From Candidatus Omnitrophota bacterium (GTDB taxonomy: Bacteria; Omnitrophota; Gorgyraeia; Zapsychrales; Fredricksoniimonadaceae): DNA of 64,000 bases. A model generated the notes under the pieces. That model had not been told where the DNA came from. It made no database searches and was given only the letters and a program-made list of their open reading frames with translations. Made by a program: the position numbers and the translations under genes. Positions 37,505 to 46,180 of this stretch are shown in pieces; the stretch's first letter is position 1, and the number at the start of each line of letters is the position of its first letter. The stretch is from the NCBI GenBank assembly GCA_015233145.1, contig JADFYI010000003.1, forward strand, positions 39,421 through 103,420. The letters run 5' to 3'.

Positions 37505-37667
37505 AGTATACGAGCATTTGGATGCATTTCTGCGTTTGAGTTATTCTGAGCGTGGGCAGTGGATTACAGATGCATTTGCCCTGGCTGATGCTGTTCGAAG
37601 CAAGCGCGCGGGTGTTATTGCGTCTCATTAGTTTTTGGATGTTTGCTGACTTGTTCTTTAAAAATTT

Positions 37668-38062
37668 GGGGGTGATTGGCCTCGACTTGTGTTAGCCGGG
37701 GAACAGGTTGCGTGCCGAGGATGATGGTTGGCCTCGTTAAAATCCATCAAAACAATAAACGCTAACAACAATTATAGCGTCGTCGCTGAAGCCGAGGCCA
37801 TTTTGGCCGGAGCTGAAGCTCCAGCCTTAGTTTAATTAAATAAACTAAGCCCTGTAACGGGGGGAGTCTGCCGCTTCGTTACTGGAACCAAGCAGGCTGG
37901 TTTTAAACCGCGCTTTCGGGTTTAAGATAAGATTAAAGGGAGCTGGTCTTGAACGGGTTTGGCCGTTGAAACGTTCAGGTCGACAATAAAGACGGCCTAC
38001 GCATGTAGAAGCTTGATCTTAGGAACATAAGGACCCGGGTTCGATTCCCGGCACCTCCACCA
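37668..38062 (+). ncRNA. ssrA: transfer-messenger RNA (tmRNA, ssrA)
   Basis: The 5' GGGGGTGATTGGCCTCGAC resembles the tmRNA 5' consensus (GGGGCTGATTCTGGATTCGAC). The 3' end GGACCCGGGTTCGATTCCCGGCACCTCCACCA is a T-arm plus acceptor plus CCA, and its acceptor pairs with the 5' GGGGGTG. An internal tag-like reading frame starts at GCT 37761 (ANNNYSVVAEAEAILAGAEAPALV) and stops at TAA 37833–37835. smpB is adjacent. Confidence 0.8.
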
Positions 38063-38074
38063 TTTTCTTCCATC

Positions 38075-38135
38075 AAAAGCAAAAAGGCGAAATGTTTTAA
38101 CCCGTAAGGGAGAACATTTCGCCTTTTTGCTTTTG
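38075..38135. terminator. long perfect hairpin (about 18 bp arms) immediately after tmRNA, with T-run; probable bidirectional terminator
   Basis: gcaaaaaggcgaaatgtt...(loop)...aacatttcgcctttttgcttttg. Confidence 0.6.
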
Positions 38136-38305
38136 CCAAAGAATCCAGAGAAGAAAATGGTGCCCTGGAAACAATTGTTTCCAGGGCTGCGTCTGCTCGT
38201 CGAATAAATAGTTAAAAACAAAAAGATGTTTTCAACTATTTATTCTCCTCGCATCCGCGTCGGTGCCAGGGCGCCCGGGCTTTTCTTAGAAGAATATTTA
38301 GGAAG

Positions 38306-38327
38306 CCCGGTTGTCCCGGCACCTCCA
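38306..38327 (+). repeat. degenerate direct repeat of the tmRNA 3' end (att-like)
   Basis: cccggttgtcccggcacctcca at 38306–38327 versus cccgggttcgattcccggcacctcca at the tmRNA 3' end (38034–38059). The last 14 nt are identical (tcccggcacctcca). Confidence 0.4.
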
Positions 38328-38458
38328 TTTTTTTGCCCGGGGGCAAAAAAATAGAGCAATTGAGCAATCGAGAATAGAACATTAGATAAGGGCTCAATTG
38401 CGATCCCTGCCGGCAGGCAGGGCAGTCAGGTTGCGAGGGGTTTTTCTTTTTTAAAGTT

Positions 38459-39652
38459 ATGGGCAGGGGAAGAAGTCGGAAGTATAATCAAATGTTTTTC
38501 AGACAGGGGTCATTTTTCTTATTAAAGTGTGATTTGGATGGAGATTTTATTGTGAATGAACAGACAAGGCCCCGCATTCTCTTTAATGTGATTGTTTGTT
38601 TGGGCGTTGCTATTTTCCTTGGCATGGCGATTGTGTTTTCTTTTCGTGCTGTTGACTTTGCCCGTGGCAAAGATTTCTGGGTTGATGAAAAATTCGGCCT
38701 GGAAGGAACTGTGCGGCCAGCCTCGTATTATCAACTTTTGACCAGGGGCGCGCGCGGGCAGGGAAGCGCGGCGCCGTTAGATTATGTGTTTATCAAGGCC
38801 CTGGATCAGGTGTATCAAAAGTCATTCGCCTACATCCCGCATAATGTTTATTATCGCCTTAATTCGACTTTTTGGGACCTGGCCCTAGGGCTGCTCGTGG
38901 CCTTTTTATTCCTTTATGCTTTTTATCGCAAGACAGATAACAACGCGATTATCATTATGCAGTTGGTTCTTATTGGCACGGCACTGCTCACTTTTTATTT
39001 TAAGAAGGACAATATGTATTTTGCGGGTGAGATGAGGCCGTATGCGTTATGGAACTCGCTTTGGTATGTGATGCTGGCGCTTGTTATGTTACGGGTATCC
39101 AAAATTTGGATATTTTTGACAGGTATTTTCCTCGCATTCACCAGCCTCGGCGCTTTGATGCAAATCCCTGCATTGGCGCTCGTTTATTTCACTTTTGAGG
39201 TCATTGATCAAAAAAGGCCTGCGGCTGCATTGCGAGAGGCGGCGCTTGTTTTTGGTTTGCCTTTCCTTATCGCTGTTTTTTATGCTTTGCAGGGTGATAA
39301 ATTTGGTTATATAGCATCTGCGGCGGATTATCAAAGGTATCAGAATGAGTTTTTTTCCTTTTGGGTAAGTAAGTGGCGAGTCCCTTTCATTTCGGGAGCC
39401 GGTATTCTACTTACAGCATGGAATCGCCAATGGCGCGGATGCACAGCCGTCTTTGTGACGATGCTGCTTTTATATGGCATGGCGCCAGCTCTTAATTACA
39501 AGATTTTATCGAGCAGCTTTTTTTTTACGTCACGGCAGTATTTATACTATGACCTTGTATTTCCTCTTTTTTATTTGATGCTGGCTTTGGTTTTACCGGA
39601 ATATTGGAATATGATTTTTAGATTAAAGAATAAGTCGGAGAAAAAATCATAA
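38459..39652 (+). CDS. polytopic membrane protein, function unknown (possibly GT-C-like)
   Basis: About 9–10 hydrophobic helices. No conserved soluble domain. The start is uncertain (ATG 38459, ATG 38492, or an internal GTG). Confidence 0.45.
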   Translation: MGRGRSRKYNQMFFRQGSFFLLKCDLDGDFIVNEQTRPRILFNVIVCLGVAIFLGMAIVFSFRAVDFARGKDFWVDEKFGLEGTVRPASYYQLLTRGARGQGSAAPLDYVFIKALDQVYQKSFAYIPHNVYYRLNSTFWDLALGLLVAFLFLYAFYRKTDNNAIIIMQLVLIGTALLTFYFKKDNMYFAGEMRPYALWNSLWYVMLALVMLRVSKIWIFLTGIFLAFTSLGALMQIPALALVYFTFEVIDQKRPAAALREAALVFGLPFLIAVFYALQGDKFGYIASAADYQRYQNEFFSFWVSKWRVPFISGAGILLTAWNRQWRGCTAVFVTMLLLYGMAPALNYKILSSSFFFTSRQYLYYDLVFPLFYLMLALVLPEYWNMIFRLKNKSEKKS

Positions 39653-39745
39653 GCAATTTCTTTAAAATTATTGGTAAGGTGAGCGGCGGGGAGTATAATT
39701 CCATTTATTAAAGATAGCAGGAGATTGTTTTAATAGAGGAGATTT

Positions 39746-40924
39746 ATGGGTGACCGGCCGGTACATGTTCTTTTCCTTGATGATGATCTTACCGAGCTTT
39801 CAGTGCTTAATAAGGTTTTTCTGAAGGAGCCTTACTTTTCCGCGTTTGCCAAAGACCCTGTGGGGGCTGTGGCCATTCTTGCCAAAGAGCCGGTCAAGGT
39901 TCTTATTTCTGATCAGTCGATGCCTGCCATTACAGGGGTTGAATTTCTCAAAAGGGTTAAAGTGAATTATCCGGACATCATTCGTATCCTTCTTACCGGG
40001 GATGCGGACCTTAAGGTGGCCAGGGAGGCGGTGAATGTCGGGGAGGTGTACCGCTTTCTGACCAAGCCGTATGACCAGGATTCCCTGCGGGCCACGGTAC
40101 GCCAGGCTGTCGAGTTGTTTGACAGTGCGATGGAACGGCGGGAACTGCTCAAAACCGTCCAGCGCAAGAACGAGGAACTCCGGATGATCAATATGACCGT
40201 CCAGGGGTTTTATGAAAAACAGAGGGAGTTCACTTCTACGGTCTCGCACGAATTGCGCACGCCCCTGGCTGCGATAAAAATGGCGCTTGATATTATTATC
40301 AGCGGAACAACCGGGCCATTGACCGAGGACCAGCGGGGATTCCTTAACAAGGCCAAAACAAATGTTGATCGCCTGCATCGGCTTATTAATAATGTTCTGG
40401 ATTTAACCAAGATGGAGTCCGGGAAGATTGCGTTAAAAATTAAATCCGGGGATATCCTTGCGCTGGTTGAGGAGACGGTGGATAGCCAGTGTTTGGTCGC
40501 GAAGGCGAAGGGGTTGTCGCTGACTGTTAAAAAGGAGGGGGTCATTCCCCTTATCGCATTCGACAGGGATCGCATTGTGCAGGTTTTGATTAATTTGTTG
40601 TCAAATGCAATCAAGTTTACGGAGTCGGGCGGGATAACGGTCGTGGTGTCGGCCCCTGAGGGGCAGAATATTGTTGATATCCGCGTGGTCGATACCGGCC
40701 CCGGGATCAGCTCCGAGGATATCGGGAGGCTGTTTGAAAAGTTTGAGCAGCTTGAGGGGGATTTTAATAATAAGCCAGGCGGAACAGGACTTGGCCTGGC
40801 TATTTGCAAATCTATCGTTGAATGGCACGGCGGCAAGATATGGGCAGAGTCAGTATTAGGCAAGGGGACCACGTTGCGTTTTGTGCTCCCCATTGAAGAA
40901 CGACGAAATGGCAGGGGGTTATGA
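39746..40924 (+). CDS. hybrid response regulator-histidine kinase (N-terminal REC, HisKA, HATPase_c)
   Basis: VLFLDDDLTELSVL...LISDQSMPAITGVEFL...LLTGDAD (REC); STVSHELRTPLAAIKMALDII (H-box); ...VDTGPGIS...GGTGLGLAICKSIVEWHGGKIW (G1/G2 boxes). A strong GAGGAG RBS precedes the start. Confidence 0.8.
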   Translation: MGDRPVHVLFLDDDLTELSVLNKVFLKEPYFSAFAKDPVGAVAILAKEPVKVLISDQSMPAITGVEFLKRVKVNYPDIIRILLTGDADLKVAREAVNVGEVYRFLTKPYDQDSLRATVRQAVELFDSAMERRELLKTVQRKNEELRMINMTVQGFYEKQREFTSTVSHELRTPLAAIKMALDIIISGTTGPLTEDQRGFLNKAKTNVDRLHRLINNVLDLTKMESGKIALKIKSGDILALVEETVDSQCLVAKAKGLSLTVKKEGVIPLIAFDRDRIVQVLINLLSNAIKFTESGGITVVVSAPEGQNIVDIRVVDTGPGISSEDIGRLFEKFEQLEGDFNNKPGGTGLGLAICKSIVEWHGGKIWAESVLGKGTTLRFVLPIEERRNGRGL

Positions 40925-41784
40925 AAAAGGGTTATAGCGTTCTTATTGTGGATGATGAAGAAGATTTACGCGACATGATGACGTTTCAGTTTAAGGCCCG
41001 CGGCTTTGAGGTCTTCACAGCGTCGAATGGGATAGAGGGTTTGGAACGTTTGAAAACGATATCTCCGTCGTTGATCATACTCGATATTAATATGCCCCGC
41101 ATGGGCGGGATTGAGATGTATGAGCGGCTTTGTGATGCCGAAGGGAACCCGTCGCATCCGGTCCTTATTTTGACGGCCCGTGCCAATACGGAGCAGTTGT
41201 TCAAGCGCCTGGCGATCGACGGGTTTATGTCCAAGCCATTTGAAGTGGATGAGCTTATTAATGAGGCGGAAATCATTGTCCGTAAATATGACCGTGAAGC
41301 TCCCAAAAAAAAGAGCCGCCCTCAGCTCTTGGAGACCATTTATATTGCTAATGATGACGCGGATGAATCGAACGCCATCGCCTTGGCGTTGCTGCATTCA
41401 GGGTATCGTGTGGCGCTTGCCTCCACAGGCGCTTCCGCTCTCGAGATTTTGGCCACAGCGCCTCCTCAGCTGGCCCTAGTCAAGCTTGGACTTGCGGATA
41501 TTCCTGGTGATGTTCTTGTGCTGAGGGCTTTGCATATGGCCAAGACCAGCGATATCAAGTTTGTTCTCTTTGAGAACCGGGACCCGCGTCATGTCGAGAT
41601 TGTGCGCAGGCGTCTTTCCGAGAAGTCTGGCGTTTTGGGCATCATTGAATACGCGAAGACCGAAGAACTGGTTGAGGCTGTTGCCAAGGTCATTGAAAAG
41701 GGGCGCATGGATGATCAACAAGATTACGAGTCGTTTCAAAGGCATTATGTGAAATTTGTCAAAAACCCCTATTTGTCGCCTTGA
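40921..41784 (+). CDS. tandem-receiver (REC-REC) response regulator-like protein without DNA-binding output
   Basis: The first REC is canonical (VLIVDDEEDLRDMMTFQF...LIILDINMPRMGGIEM...ILTARAN). The second is degenerate (IYIANDDADESNAIALALLHSGYRVALAS...). ATGA overlap with the upstream hybrid kinase. Confidence 0.6.
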   Translation: MKKGYSVLIVDDEEDLRDMMTFQFKARGFEVFTASNGIEGLERLKTISPSLIILDINMPRMGGIEMYERLCDAEGNPSHPVLILTARANTEQLFKRLAIDGFMSKPFEVDELINEAEIIVRKYDREAPKKKSRPQLLETIYIANDDADESNAIALALLHSGYRVALASTGASALEILATAPPQLALVKLGLADIPGDVLVLRALHMAKTSDIKFVLFENRDPRHVEIVRRRLSEKSGVLGIIEYAKTEELVEAVAKVIEKGRMDDQQDYESFQRHYVKFVKNPYLSP

Positions 41785-41840
41785 TAAGGTTTTTTTAAGA
41801 AACATATAAATAGATCAATGGATTGTCATGAGGAGGCGTT

Positions 41841-42215
41841 ATGAAGACCGTGCTTGTTGTGGAAGACATGAAAGACTATTCTGATTGCCTGGAGCTTATC
41901 CTTTCGCAAAAAGGGTACAAGGTTGTTACGGCGGCCAATGGCGCAGAGGGCCTGGAGAAAGCGAAAAGTGTTAAGCCTGACCTGATCTTGATGGATATTT
42001 TTATGCCTGACCAGGATGGGGGAGAAACAGTCTTAAAAATTAAAAGTGATTCATCTCTTAGGAATATTCCGATTATTTTCCTGACGGCATTGGCTTCTGG
42101 TTCCGGCTCGGATAGTGATCCGATTGTCGTTGACGGTCAGGAGTATCCTGCGATTTCCAAAATGGCGGATAAAGAGGAAATTATTAAAAAGGTTGGAGAG
42201 TATTTACACTCTTAA
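41841..42215 (+). CDS. CheY-like single-domain response regulator
   Basis: VLVVEDMKDYSDCLELIL...DLILMDIFMPDQDGGETV...IIFLTAL; 124 aa. Confidence 0.75.
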   Translation: MKTVLVVEDMKDYSDCLELILSQKGYKVVTAANGAEGLEKAKSVKPDLILMDIFMPDQDGGETVLKIKSDSSLRNIPIIFLTALASGSGSDSDPIVVDGQEYPAISKMADKEEIIKKVGEYLHS

Positions 42216-42226
42216 GGGGAGGGGAT

Positions 42227-42997
42227 ATGACCATAACAATGATGTGGATCATTATTATTTTAGTGTTCATTATTTTTTCCGGGATCAGGATCATCCAGCA
42301 GTATGAAAACGGGGTTGTTTTCCAGCTGGGGAAATATTCAAGAACTTTACAGCCAGGGTTTAATGTGATCATTCCGTTGATTGAGGCGGCCAGAGTTATT
42401 GATATGAGGGTTTTGACCAACGATATTCCCAAACAGCAGGCCATTACCAAGGATAATGTTCCGGTATCCATTAACGGGGTTGTTTATTTTCAAGTCATTG
42501 ATGCCCAATCAGCGGTTATTAAGGTCCAGAATTATTTGTATGCGGTTTCTCAATATGCGCAGGCGGCGTTAAGGGATGTGGTCGGCGGCATGACCTTTGA
42601 TGACCTTTTGGCGGAACGGCAGAAGATCGGCGATGAAATTGAAGCCATCATTCAAAAACAGGCGGAAACCTGGGGGATTAAAGTCACGGCCATCAAGCTC
42701 CTGGATGTGGATGTGCCTGAAGAGTTGAAAAAGATGATGTCCCGCCAGGCATCTGCGGAAAGAGAAAAAAGGGCGAACATTACCAAGGCCGAGGGCGACA
42801 AGCTCGCGGCTGTTAATCTGGCAGAGGCGGCAAGAACCATGACCCAATCTCCGGGGGCCATGCAGTTAAGGACCCTTCAAACCATCGATGGCCTGGGGCC
42901 GACAGCATCCAATACGGTCGTGCTTGCAGTTCCTGTTGATTTTATGGATTCGATTAAAGGATTGGCCGCTAAATTTCTAGAGAAGAAACAGGAATAA
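42227..42997 (+). CDS. SPFH/band-7 (stomatin/prohibitin-like) membrane protein
   Basis: N-terminal TM, then IRIIQQYENGVVFQLGKYSRTLQPGFNVIIPLIE...VIDMRV...VPVSINGVVYFQVIDAQSAVIKVQNY...AALRDVVGGMTFDDLL, a canonical SPFH core. It has an Ala/Glu-rich C-terminal coiled coil. Confidence 0.8.
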   Translation: MTITMMWIIIILVFIIFSGIRIIQQYENGVVFQLGKYSRTLQPGFNVIIPLIEAARVIDMRVLTNDIPKQQAITKDNVPVSINGVVYFQVIDAQSAVIKVQNYLYAVSQYAQAALRDVVGGMTFDDLLAERQKIGDEIEAIIQKQAETWGIKVTAIKLLDVDVPEELKKMMSRQASAEREKRANITKAEGDKLAAVNLAEAARTMTQSPGAMQLRTLQTIDGLGPTASNTVVLAVPVDFMDSIKGLAAKFLEKKQE

Positions 42998-43126
42998 GAC
43001 GGCTTTGATTCTTTCCGACGATTTTAAGGGGCGGCAACAGAAAGTATTGACAGTTTTTAGCATAGGATGCCATAATATTCCATGATAAAGTTTGGTATGA
43101 GTTTTCTCAAATCAGAGGAGGAAGTT

Positions 43127-43555
43127 ATGGCATTGGTTTACAAAAACATATCAAGATTGCTTTTAATAGTGTTACTGCTTCTCGGACTTCAGGGTGCGGC
43201 CAGTTCACAGGTTGTACCGCCGCCGCGCTACGGGGAATTAAACGGCCGAGTGATCAATCAATGGCATCACCCGGTTTATGGAATTACGGTGACATTAAAG
43301 CCAACAGCCTATGGATACGGCACCCATGATTTTACAGCCGTGTCGAACATGAATGGCCATTACGACATCAAGAATATCGACAGGTATGTTTACAGCAGCG
43401 GGCCTGCCCCCAAATGGGTTTCTTATTATATTTCTGTTTCTGCCCCCGGGTATCTTCCGTATACGAGTTCTACGTTCAACTTTGAGGCTGTGGCTGACAT
43501 CAAAATGAATGTCACGTTGACAGCCCAAAAAGAACACGGGAAGAAAGATAAATAG
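43127..43555 (+). CDS. secreted protein with carboxypeptidase-regulatory-like (CarboxypepD_reg) beta-sandwich domain
   Basis: Signal peptide. LNGRVINQWHHPVYGITVTL...GHYDIKNI...YYISVSAPGYLPY fits the GxVxD..G.P..GA.V.L...TD..G.F.I..L..G.Y pattern. The start was set at ATG 43127 (AGAGGAGGAAG RBS) rather than 43082. Confidence 0.45.
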   Translation: MALVYKNISRLLLIVLLLLGLQGAASSQVVPPPRYGELNGRVINQWHHPVYGITVTLKPTAYGYGTHDFTAVSNMNGHYDIKNIDRYVYSSGPAPKWVSYYISVSAPGYLPYTSSTFNFEAVADIKMNVTLTAQKEHGKKDK

Positions 43556-43568
43556 TTTTTGCAATTTT

Positions 43569-43611
43569 AAGCCCCTTTTGGTTAGTGAGTCTGCCTTGAG
43601 GGGCTTTTTTT
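43569..43611 (+). terminator. rho-independent terminator
   Basis: aagcccctt-ttggttagtgagtctgcctt-gaggggctttttttg. Confidence 0.65.
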
Positions 43612-43642
43612 GCAGTAAGATGAGGGTTTAAGTAAAGGTTTT

Positions 43643-45496
43643 ATGGCCATTCTTTTCCCTGTTGCTTCATTCTTGATTTTGAGCTGCCTTTTGAGTAAGT
43701 TTGTTTTTCTTTCGCGCCGGGAAGCATGTCTTCTTTCTGCAGTGGCGTGTAGTTTTTGGGTGTGGCTGGCCACTGAGTTTTTTAGCCTTTTTCGGGTTTT
43801 GAATGCCACAGCGATTATGCTGGCCTGGCTGGCATTCCTGGCCGGTATTCTGTTTTTGTTTTTCAAACAAATGCAAACTTCCCGAAAGGCCGCTCAATCG
43901 CATGTGACGCTGGGTGGTTTGCACGTTACGCCAGTGGGCGTTATTATTGCCGCAGGTATTTTTATTATTCTTTTGGGAACGCTGCTTCTTGCTCTTTTTT
44001 CACCGCCTAATACATGGGACACACTGACTTACCACATGAGCCGTGTGGTTCATTGGGCGCAGAATGGCACGCTGGCCCCGTATCCAACACATATTCCACG
44101 GCAAGTTTTTTCCAATCCAGGTTTTGAATATTTTGTTTTACATTCCTATCTTCTCGCAGGGGGAGACGCCTGGGCCAATTGTGTGCAGTGGATTGCCATG
44201 CTGGGATCTTTGATGGTTGTGACCCTGATTGCCAAACAACTTAGTGCCGGCATACCCGGTCAGCTTCTGGCCCTGGCTGTTGCGGCCACGATCCCTATGG
44301 GCATTGTGGAAGCGAGCAGTTTACAGGGGGATTATATGGTCGCTTTTTTTCTATGTGCAGCCCTTTACGCTTTGCTGCGCTGGCGCGCTGATAGTTCCTG
44401 GATATGGGCGATGTCTTTGGGGGTGGCGTCAGGTTTAGCGATCTTGACAAAGGGGACGGGAATCTTTTTTATCCTGCCGGTTTTGATTTGGCTGGTGGGC
44501 TCTGTTATTTTTGCAGACCCGAGGAGGCGCTGGTCACAGGTCTTAGGGGCATTGTTTCTTGTGGCGGCCATTAATTCAGGATTTATTTTAAGAACCGTGT
44601 TGGCTTTTCCCGGTAGGGACTTGTCTGTGGCCACACAGGAGGGCCGGGGGGTACTCAATGAAAGTTTTGGCCCTGACATTTTTTTGATTAATGTTTTACG
44701 CCATGCCGGATTGCATGCGGGGACATCATCGGAGCATGTTAATAAGGCCATTACGGCGGGCATACGGTTTTTACCTGCCAAAATTGGTGTTAATATTGAT
44801 GACCCTCGCGCGACTTATGCCAGTGACCATTTTGAGGTCAATAAACCATCCCGCAATGAGGATTTAACTTCAGCAGGAGTGCATGTCCTTTTGCTGATTG
44901 TCTTTTTTTTGCTTGTGGGCTTGTCTCGCAGCGGGACACCGGAGCTTCGGTCCTGTGCGGTGTGCCTTTTAGCCATGGCAGCACTGTTTTGCCTGGCTGT
45001 TAAATGGCAACCCTGGTTGACTCGTCTCCAGTTGCCCTTTTTTGTTGTGGCATCGCCAGGTGTTGGCGTCCTTTGGGGAAGGGTGCGTTTTTCTCTTTGG
45101 CCTATTGTCATGGTGAGTATTCTTTTTTTGATGGGGATTCCGTATGTTATTAATGCCTATCCTCGTCATCTTTTAGGAAAGAAGAGTATCTTTAAACAAA
45201 CACGCGAAGAGCAGTATTTCACGATGTCCCAGGACCGTTATGAAAATTACCTGAGGGTTGTAGACCGTTTGGCAGCCTCGGGTTGCCATAATATCGGACT
45301 GGTGATAGGAAGTGACGATTGGGAGTATCCGCTTTGGCCGCTTCTTAAAAAGCACGGGATGGGGGATTTTCGTCTGGAGCATGTTGAAGTTGCCGGCCCT
45401 TTGGGAAAAATACCTTACCCCCGGGGTGATTTTACGCCATGTGCCCGTGTGGTGGTGGCCGGCCCGACAATTGACGCCGCGATTTTTAAAAAATAA
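43643..45496 (+). CDS. large polytopic membrane protein, probable GT-C fold glycosyltransferase (GT39/GT83, ArnT/PMT-like)
   Basis: The N-terminal half has more than 10 TM helices. The first extracytoplasmic loop carries NTWDTLTYHMSRVVHW, resembling the acidic DE/WD...Y loop motif of GT-C enzymes. The C-terminal half is a soluble ~200 aa domain. Confidence 0.5.
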   Translation: MAILFPVASFLILSCLLSKFVFLSRREACLLSAVACSFWVWLATEFFSLFRVLNATAIMLAWLAFLAGILFLFFKQMQTSRKAAQSHVTLGGLHVTPVGVIIAAGIFIILLGTLLLALFSPPNTWDTLTYHMSRVVHWAQNGTLAPYPTHIPRQVFSNPGFEYFVLHSYLLAGGDAWANCVQWIAMLGSLMVVTLIAKQLSAGIPGQLLALAVAATIPMGIVEASSLQGDYMVAFFLCAALYALLRWRADSSWIWAMSLGVASGLAILTKGTGIFFILPVLIWLVGSVIFADPRRRWSQVLGALFLVAAINSGFILRTVLAFPGRDLSVATQEGRGVLNESFGPDIFLINVLRHAGLHAGTSSEHVNKAITAGIRFLPAKIGVNIDDPRATYASDHFEVNKPSRNEDLTSAGVHVLLLIVFFLLVGLSRSGTPELRSCAVCLLAMAALFCLAVKWQPWLTRLQLPFFVVASPGVGVLWGRVRFSLWPIVMVSILFLMGIPYVINAYPRHLLGKKSIFKQTREEQYFTMSQDRYENYLRVVDRLAASGCHNIGLVIGSDDWEYPLWPLLKKHGMGDFRLEHVEVAGPLGKIPYPRGDFTPCARVVVAGPTIDAAIFKK

Positions 45497-45512
45497 ATTA
45501 GAAGATGCTGCA

Positions 45513-46178
45513 ATGAAAAACGTGATTCAATATAAATTTTTCCATATCAGAACAGCAATGTTTCTTATCGCCGCGGTTATAGGTGTTTGTTTTTATGCCA
45601 GTACGCTTCAGGCGGCAGAATATCCCTGGCAATTGAGAGTTGATAAGCAAGGGATTAAGGTGTATACCCGCAAGGTTGATGCCTCGCCGATCCTTGAGTT
45701 TAAGGCTGATGTTGTGGTGGATGCTCCGATAAGCAAGGTGATTCCCCTGTTTGAGGATGTGGAAACGGCGCGGCTATGGTTTTACCAGTGCACTCAATCC
45801 AACGTCGTGGCCAGGGAGGGAAGTCAGCAAAAGGCCGTCTATATTATTTTGCGTTTGCCTTGGCCGGTGTCTGCGCGCGATTGTGTCTTTCGCATGAGCA
45901 AATCTGTTGATACTGTAACCGGGGCGCTGACATATGCACTTGTTGCCATCCCTGACAGGGTTTCCAGAAAGCCGGGAATTGTTCGTGTGCCTTATTTACG
46001 GGCATTCTGGCATTTTCTCTCATTGCCTGATGGCAGGACAAAGATTGATTTTCAACAGCATAGCGATCCCGGAGGATTCATCCCTGCCTTTTTGTCGAAT
46101 ACTATTGTTGTTGACATGCCTTATAATTCACTTAAGAATCTGCGGGCTTTGATCATGGCAAGTAAGACGAGAAAATAA
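45513..46178 (+). CDS. secreted START/SRPBCC (Bet v1-like) lipid-binding domain protein
   Basis: Signal peptide (MKNVIQYKFFHIRTAMFLIAAVIGVCFYAS). WQLRVDKQGIKVYTRKVDASPILEFKADVVVDAPISKVIPLFEDVETARLWFYQC... is typical of the START-domain N-terminal beta-strands. The start was chosen at ATG 45513, right after the upstream stop. The six-frame start at 45312 overlaps the upstream gene. Confidence 0.5.
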   Translation: MKNVIQYKFFHIRTAMFLIAAVIGVCFYASTLQAAEYPWQLRVDKQGIKVYTRKVDASPILEFKADVVVDAPISKVIPLFEDVETARLWFYQCTQSNVVAREGSQQKAVYIILRLPWPVSARDCVFRMSKSVDTVTGALTYALVAIPDRVSRKPGIVRVPYLRAFWHFLSLPDGRTKIDFQQHSDPGGFIPAFLSNTIVVDMPYNSLKNLRALIMASKTRK

Positions 46179-46180
46179 CA

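Noticed and set aside
37461-37631. 56 aa Arg/Lys-rich ORF overlapping the 3' end of the nucleotidyltransferase gene
   Set aside because: It is too short and lacks motifs, so it cannot be called a gene or a HEPN/antitoxin partner. It is mentioned only as a candidate under the NTase finding.
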